DNA from: an uncultured Chloroflexia bacterium
GTDB taxonomy: Bacteria > Chloroflexota > Limnocylindria > Limnocylindrales > CSP1-4
Assembly (NCBI GenBank): GCA_963713975.1
Contig: OY970218.1
Coordinates: 2,464,001 to 2,528,000, forward strand
DNA length: 64,000 nt
Direction: 5' to 3'
Positions 58,304 to 64,000 of this stretch are shown one piece after another. The position numbers and the translations under genes are program-made. The first letter of the stretch is position 1. Every line of letters starts with the position of its first letter. The notes under the pieces are model-generated. The model ran no database searches. It worked only from the letters and a program-made list of their open reading frames with translations, and was not told the origin of the DNA.

Positions 58304-58411
58304 GCGGCGAACCAGCAAGGTTCCTCAAACGCAAGTGCCCGCTCACAAGCAGCCTGGGCGCACGCCACGATTCGAGCCAGCACATGGATGTATCGAACTG
58401 AGGTGAGAGCG

Positions 58412-61400
58412 ATGTCGCGTTTCCGGTTCGACGGCCTGTCCACCACGAGCGCATTCCGCCGGCCCGGTCGCGCGGCGACGATGGTGACGGCGGCTTCTCT
58501 CATGGCCTCGCTCCTCGCCGGCATCCCGGTGCAGTCCGTGAAGGCGGATTTGGCCGGCAAGGCTCTACAGTTCGATGGCACCAGCCAGTACGTTTCGTTT
58601 GGCAATGCAGGGACACTGGGGCTGTCGGTCTTCACCCTCGAGACCTGGTTCAAGCGCACCGGCACCGGGACGACGACGACCACGGGTACCGGCGGGATCG
58701 GGAACACAATTCCGCTTCTGACCAAGGGCCGTGGCGAGGGTGATGGCTCCAACGTGGACATGAACTATTTCCTCGGCATCCGGGCCAGCGATAACGTGCT
58801 GGCGGCGGACTTCGAGGACATGAACACCGGCCTCAACCACCCCGTGGCCGGCACGATCGCGATTCCGGCGGATGGCACGTGGCACCACGCTGCGGCGACC
58901 TACGACGGGACGACGTGGCGGCTCTACCTCGATGGCAACCCTGACGGCACGACCACCATCACCTGCACCGTGGCGAACGTCTGCGTGCCGCGGCACGACA
59001 GCATCCAGCATGCTGGCTTGGGCACCGCCATGACGTCGACCGGCGCCGCTGCGGGCTACTTCGCGGGCGTGCTCGACGAGGCTCGGATCTGGAGCGTTGC
59101 GCGCTCTCAGAGCCAGATCCTTGCCACCAAGAATGTTGAGGTCACCAGCGGAACCGGGCTCGTCGCTCGGTGGGGGATGAACGAGGGCACCGGGACCTCG
59201 ACCGCCGACTCCACAACGCCCCAGGAGAACGGCACTCTGTTCAACGGCCCAACCTGGGTCAACGGGTTCCCGGATGACACCATCCCGGCGGCGCCGACCG
59301 GCCTCGCCGCTGTGTCCGGTGTCGGCCAGGTTTCGCTCACCTGGAACGTCAATGCCGAGTCCGACCTCGCCGGCTACAACGTCTACCGCAGCGCGTCCAG
59401 TCCGGTCACCAAGGGGTCGCCCCTCAACGGAAGCACCCCTCTCGCCACGCCTGAGTACCTGGACTTGTCCGGGACACCGGGCACCCCGTATGTCTACGCC
59501 GTTGCCGCGGTTGACACGAGCGCGAACGTGTCGGCCCTCTCCGGCGAAGCATCGGGTACGCCAAGCACTCCGCCGCCGGGACCGTACGGGCTCCAGCTCA
59601 CCAATACGTCCTACGTCACCTTCGGCGACCCGGCGAAGCTGGACCTCGCCCAATTCACCATCGAGACATGGTTCAAGCGGACCGGGACGGGCACGTCCAA
59701 TACCACCGGTACCGGCGGCATCACCAACCTCGTCCCGCTGCTGACCCATGGCGCTCCGGAGTCGGACGGCGGGACCGTCGACGCCAATTGGATTCTGGGC
59801 ATCAACACGTCCGGCAACGTCATCGCGGCGGACTTCGAAGGGATCGACGATCCGACTCCGACCGGAGCCAACGCACCGGTGAGCGGCACGACCGCCATCA
59901 CCGACGACGTGTGGCATCACGCTGCAGCCACCTTCGATGGGACCACCTTTGCCGTCTACCTCGACGGCAACCTCGAGGACAGCGTCACCCCCGGCTTCCA
60001 CCCGCGCTCCAACTCGATCCAGCGCGTTGCGCTTGGCGCGATGATCACCTCAACGGGTACCGCCCTCGGCCGCTTCGACGGCGTCATTGACGAGGCGCGG
60101 GTCTGGGACCATGCCCGCAGCGGCGCAGAGATCCTCGCTGACAAGAACAACGAGCTTGTGGAGGGCACGGGGCTCGTCGCACGCTGGGGCCTCAACGAGG
60201 GCGCCGGCGCCACTGTCGGCGACTCGATGCCGACTCCAGCGGCGGGCGCCATCAGCGACACCGGCTTCAGCTGGGTGGCAGGTGCGCCGGTCACGCCTGT
60301 TGTCGTCAACCACGCGCCTGTCGCCACGGACGATGCCTTCACGACGGCGTCCAACACGCCGTTCGACGGAACCCTCGATGGGAGCGACGCCGACCTCGAC
60401 CCGCTGACGTACTCGCTTGGCACGAACGGAACGCATGGAACCGCGGTCATCACAGACGCCGAAACCGGTGCCTTTACCTATACGCCGGACACGGACGCCG
60501 CGGGCGTGGACACGTTCACGTTCAAGGCGAACGACGGGACCGTTGACTCGAACGTCGCAACCGTCACGATGACGATCACAGGCCTCGTTGGCCACTGGAA
60601 GATGGAGGACAACCTCGTCGACTCGGCGCCACCCGCGAACGCCGCGACCGATGTCGCCAGCCCGGGCTATGTGGCCGGATTCGATGGCCTGGCACTGTCA
60701 CTGAATGGATCGAGCCAGTATGCGACCGTCGATGACGACGCCGACCTCGACATCACGTCCGCCATCACGATGGCGGCCTGGGTCAGGCCCACGCAGGCGG
60801 CCACCCAGGACCTGATCGCCAAGGACGTCAGCAGCAGCGTCGACGGCTACCAGCTCTCGCTCTCGGACGACGCGGCGGCCAACTCGCAGATCGTGTTCGT
60901 CCGCTTCAACCAGGACACCAGCGGCGACACGTATCGCGTCAACTCCACGACTCAATACCCGGCCGACGGCACCACGTGGATGCACGTCGCGGCAACCTGG
61001 GACGGCACAACGACCCGGCTCTACGTAGACGGCGACGAGGAGGCCACCGGGTCCTTCACCGGCATGATCGCGGCGAACAACGTGCCGCTGGGCATCGGCG
61101 CGCAGATCACGGCGTTGAACGCTGCGTCGCGCTGGTTCGGCGGGGCCGTGGACGACGTCCGCCTCTACAACCGTGCCCTGAGCGCTGCGGAGATTGCTGC
61201 CCTAGCAGCAGGCCCGCTCGACCACATCACCATCAGCCCCCCGACGGCCACGATCGACGCGGGCGCCACCCAGGCCTACACCGCGGAGGGCTTCGACGCC
61301 CTCTCCAATAGCCTGGGCGACGTGACCGGCGACACCACCTTCAGCATCGACGGCACCGGCACCTGCACCCTGGCCGACTGCGGCTCGGACGTCGCCGGCA

Positions 61401-64000
61401 GCTACACCGTCACCGGTCTCAACGGCACCTTCAGCGACACGGCGGCCCTGACGGTGACCGCAGGCCCGCTCGACCACATCACCATCAGCCCCCCGACGGC
61501 CACGATCGACGCGGGCGCCACCCAGGCCTACACCGCGGAGGGCTTCGACGCCCTCTCCAATAGCCTGGGCGACGTGACCGGCGACACCACCTTCAGCATC
61601 GACGGCACCGGCACCTGCACCCTGGCCGACTGCGGCTCGGACGTCGCCGGCAGCTACACCGTCACCGGTCTCAACGGCACCTTCAGCGACACGGCGGCCC
61701 TGACGGTGACCGCAGGCCCGCTCGACCACATCACCATCAGCCCCCCGACGGCCACGATCGACGCGGGCGCCACCCAGGCCTACACCGCGGAGGGCTTCGA
61801 CGCCCTCTCCAATAGCCTGGGCGACGTGACCGGCGACACCACCTTCAGCATCGACGGCACCGGCACCTGCACCCTGGCCGACTGCGGCTCGGACGTCGCC
61901 GGCAGCTACACCGTCACCGGTCTCAACGGCACCTTCAGCGACACGGCGGCCCTGACGGTGACCGCAGGCCCGCTCGACCACATCACCATCAGCCCCCCGA
62001 CGGCCACGATCGACGCGGGCGCCACCCAGGCCTACACCGCGGAGGGCTTCGACGCCCTCTCCAATAGCCTGGGCGACGTGACCGGCGACACCACCTTCAG
62101 CATCGACGGCACCGGCACCTGCACCCTGGCCGACTGCGGCTCGGACGTCGCCGGCAGCTACACCGTCACCGGTCTCAACGGCACCTTCAGCGACACGGCG
62201 GCCCTGACGGTGACCGCAGGCCCGCTCGACCACATCACCATCAGCCCCCCGACGGCCACGATCGACGCGGGCGCCACCCAGGCCTACACCGCGGAGGGCT
62301 TCGACGCCCTCTCCAATAGCCTGGGCGACGTGACCGGCGACACCACCTTCAGCATCGACGGCACCGGCACCTGCACCCTGGCCGACTGCGGCTCGGACGT
62401 CGCCGGCAGCTACACCGTCACCGGTCTCAACGGCACCTTCAGCGACACGGCGGCCCTGACGGTGACCGCAGGCCCGCTCGACCACATCACCATCAGCCCC
62501 CCGACGGCCACGATCGACGCGGGCGCCACCCAGGCCTACACCGCGGAGGGCTTCGACGCCCTCTCCAATAGCCTGGGCGACGTGACCGGCGACACCACCT
62601 TCAGCATCGACGGCACCGGCACCTGCACCCTGGCCGACTGCGGCTCGGACGTCGCCGGCAGCTACACCGTCACCGGTCTCAACGGCACCTTCAGCGACAC
62701 GGCGGCCCTGACGGTGACCGCAGGCCCGCTCGACCACATCACCATCAGCCCCCCGACGGCCACGATCGACGCGGGCGCCACCCAGGCCTACACCGCGGAG
62801 GGCTTCGACGCCCTCTCCAATAGCCTGGGCGACGTGACCGGCGACACCACCTTCAGCATCGACGGCACCGGCACCTGCACCCTGGCCGACTGCGGCTCGG
62901 ACGTCGCCGGCAGCTACACCGTCACCGGTCTCAACGGCACCTTCAGCGACACGGCGGCCCTGACGGTGGAAGGTCCTGCCACGTACACCCTGGGTGGCCT
63001 CGTGACCGGCAGCGGGGGCACCCCGCTCACCGGTGCCGTCGTCCACGTCATCCTCGATGACGGCACCTACCTCGGCAACGATCCGGTCGACGGCACCGGG
63101 GCCTACGAGCTCACCCTCGCCTCGGGCAGCTACAAGCTCTGGATCCAGCCCAACGCCGCGGGCTACCCCGACACCTACTACGGGGGCACCGACCTCGGAA
63201 GCGCCACCGCCATCCCGGTCAGCGGCGACACCGTCCTCGACATCGCGCTCGCCGGACCGCCCGCGGTCTACACCCTGGGTGGCCTCGTGACCGGCAGCGG
63301 GGGCACCCCGCTCACCGGTGCCGTCGTCCACGTCATCCTCGATGACGGCACCTACCTCGGCAACGATCCGGTCGACGGCACCGGGGCCTACGAGCTCACC
63401 CTCGCCTCGGGCAGCTACAAGCTCTGGATCCAGCCCAACGCCGCGGGCTACCCCGACACCTACTACGGGGGCACCGACCTCGGAAGCGCCACCGCCATCC
63501 CGGTCAGCGGCGACACCGTCCTCGACATCGCGCTCGCCGGACCGCCCGCGGTCTACACCCTGGGTGGCCTCGTGACCGGCAGCGGGGGCACCCCGCTCAC
63601 CGGTGCCGTCGTCCACGTCATCCTCGATGACGGCACCTACCTCGGCAACGATCCGGTCGACGGCACCGGGGCCTACGAGCTCACCCTCGCCTCGGGCAGC
63701 TACAAGCTCTGGATCCAGCCCAACGCCGCGGGCTACCCCGACACCTACTACGGGGGCACCGACCTCGGAAGCGCCACCGCCATCCCGGTCAGCGGCGACA
63801 CCGTCCTCGACATCGCGCTCGCCGGACCGCCCGCGGTCTACACCCTGGGTGGCCTCGTGACCGGCAGCGGGGGCACCCCGCTCACCGGTGCCGTCGTCCA
63901 CGTCATCCTCGATGACGGCACCTACCTCGGCAACGATCCGGTCGACGGCACCGGGGCCTACGAGCTCACCCTCGCCTCGGGCAGCTACAAGCTCTGGATC
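58412..64000 (+). CDS. Second giant secreted protein (partial, runs off the window): 3 LamG, FN3, Ig-like domains, 7 Ig-like repeats and at least 3.5 carboxypeptidase-regulatory-like repeats
   Basis: GAGGTGA RBS, signal peptide MSRF...VKA, ALQFDG/WHHAAATYDG LamG motifs, PAAPTGL...LAGYNVYR FN3; spot checks are in frame; absent from the ORF track because no stop codon is reached. Confidence 0.88.
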   Translation, partial: MSRFRFDGLSTTSAFRRPGRAATMVTAASLMASLLAGIPVQSVKADLAGKALQFDGTSQYVSFGNAGTLGLSVFTLETWFKRTGTGTTTTTGTGGIGNTIPLLTKGRGEGDGSNVDMNYFLGIRASDNVLAADFEDMNTGLNHPVAGTIAIPADGTWHHAAATYDGTTWRLYLDGNPDGTTTITCTVANVCVPRHDSIQHAGLGTAMTSTGAAAGYFAGVLDEARIWSVARSQSQILATKNVEVTSGTGLVARWGMNEGTGTSTADSTTPQENGTLFNGPTWVNGFPDDTIPAAPTGLAAVSGVGQVSLTWNVNAESDLAGYNVYRSASSPVTKGSPLNGSTPLATPEYLDLSGTPGTPYVYAVAAVDTSANVSALSGEASGTPSTPPPGPYGLQLTNTSYVTFGDPAKLDLAQFTIETWFKRTGTGTSNTTGTGGITNLVPLLTHGAPESDGGTVDANWILGINTSGNVIAADFEGIDDPTPTGANAPVSGTTAITDDVWHHAAATFDGTTFAVYLDGNLEDSVTPGFHPRSNSIQRVALGAMITSTGTALGRFDGVIDEARVWDHARSGAEILADKNNELVEGTGLVARWGLNEGAGATVGDSMPTPAAGAISDTGFSWVAGAPVTPVVVNHAPVATDDAFTTASNTPFDGTLDGSDADLDPLTYSLGTNGTHGTAVITDAETGAFTYTPDTDAAGVDTFTFKANDGTVDSNVATVTMTITGLVGHWKMEDNLVDSAPPANAATDVASPGYVAGFDGLALSLNGSSQYATVDDDADLDITSAITMAAWVRPTQAATQDLIAKDVSSSVDGYQLSLSDDAAANSQIVFVRFNQDTSGDTYRVNSTTQYPADGTTWMHVAATWDGTTTRLYVDGDEEATGSFTGMIAANNVPLGIGAQITALNAASRWFGGAVDDVRLYNRALSAAEIAALAAGPLDHITISPPTATIDAGATQAYTAEGFDALSNSLGDVTGDTTFSIDGTGTCTLADCGSDVAGSYTVTGLNGTFSDTAALTVTAGPLDHITISPPTATIDAGATQAYTAEGFDALSNSLGDVTGDTTFSIDGTGTCTLADCGSDVAGSYTVTGLNGTFSDTAALTVTAGPLDHITISPPTATIDAGATQAYTAEGFDALSNSLGDVTGDTTFSIDGTGTCTLADCGSDVAGSYTVTGLNGTFSDTAALTVTAGPLDHITISPPTATIDAGATQAYTAEGFDALSNSLGDVTGDTTFSIDGTGTCTLADCGSDVAGSYTVTGLNGTFSDTAALTVTAGPLDHITISPPTATIDAGATQAYTAEGFDALSNSLGDVTGDTTFSIDGTGTCTLADCGSDVAGSYTVTGLNGTFSDTAALTVTAGPLDHITISPPTATIDAGATQAYTAEGFDALSNSLGDVTGDTTFSIDGTGTCTLADCGSDVAGSYTVTGLNGTFSDTAALTVTAGPLDHITISPPTATIDAGATQAYTAEGFDALSNSLGDVTGDTTFSIDGTGTCTLADCGSDVAGSYTVTGLNGTFSDTAALTVEGPATYTLGGLVTGSGGTPLTGAVVHVILDDGTYLGNDPVDGTGAYELTLASGSYKLWIQPNAAGYPDTYYGGTDLGSATAIPVSGDTVLDIALAGPPAVYTLGGLVTGSGGTPLTGAVVHVILDDGTYLGNDPVDGTGAYELTLASGSYKLWIQPNAAGYPDTYYGGTDLGSATAIPVSGDTVLDIALAGPPAVYTLGGLVTGSGGTPLTGAVVHVILDDGTYLGNDPVDGTGAYELTLASGSYKLWIQPNAAGYPDTYYGGTDLGSATAIPVSGDTVLDIALAGPPAVYTLGGLVTGSGGTPLTGAVVHVILDDGTYLGNDPVDGTGAYELTLASGSYKLWI
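61208..62968 (+). repeat. Seven intragenic 252-bp (84 aa) Ig-like repeats, identical by eye
   Basis: Unit starts at 61208, 61460, 61712, 61964, 62216, 62468 and 62720. Confidence 0.93.
62984..64000 (+). repeat. At least 3.5 intragenic 285-bp (95 aa) repeats, homologous to the 94-aa repeat of the first giant
   Basis: Unit starts at 62984, 63269, 63554 and 63839; shared VHVILDDGTY and YKLWIQPN. Confidence 0.93.

Noticed and set aside
52088-63901. Long minus-strand ORFs (967, 952, 478 and 899 aa)
   Set aside because: Antisense shadows of the GC-rich, repetitive plus-strand genes
56630-64000. CRISPR array or DGR template/variable repeats
   Set aside because: Units are in-frame protein domains with no spacers, no adenine-specific variation and no reverse transcriptase

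Overview
Very GC-rich bacterial chromosomal DNA. The gene content suggests a monoderm, possibly Chloroflexota or an Actinomycetota-like lineage (inference only). Bases 1-50 kb hold about 50 housekeeping and accessory genes: chromate transporter, FTR1 iron permease, two GSDH paralogs, TM0106 nuclease-helicase, PBP1A, thymidine kinase, LCP protein, sortase, VapBC and a NifX/PadR/hemerythrin module. Bases 50-64 kb hold two giant secreted LamG/Ig-repeat proteins that end in homologous, near-identical tandem repeat arrays. The second giant is missing from the ORF track because it runs off the window. The strongest unannotated signals are: (1) a ~185-nt minus-strand structured RNA (34774-34959) with its own sigma70-type promoter directly below four DnaA-box-like sites; (2) an internally deleted IS1595-family element with 32-bp TIRs and an 8-bp TSD that carries a putative sortase-anchored surface protein; (3) a three-copy ~139-bp palindromic repeat family; (4) a shared SigK-like ECF promoter in front of two distant envelope genes; (5) an unannotated 62-aa zinc-ribbon gene inside a heavily structured transcript; (6) pervasive leaderless gene starts. 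All calls come from reading the sequence by eye; no database searches or folding computations were run.
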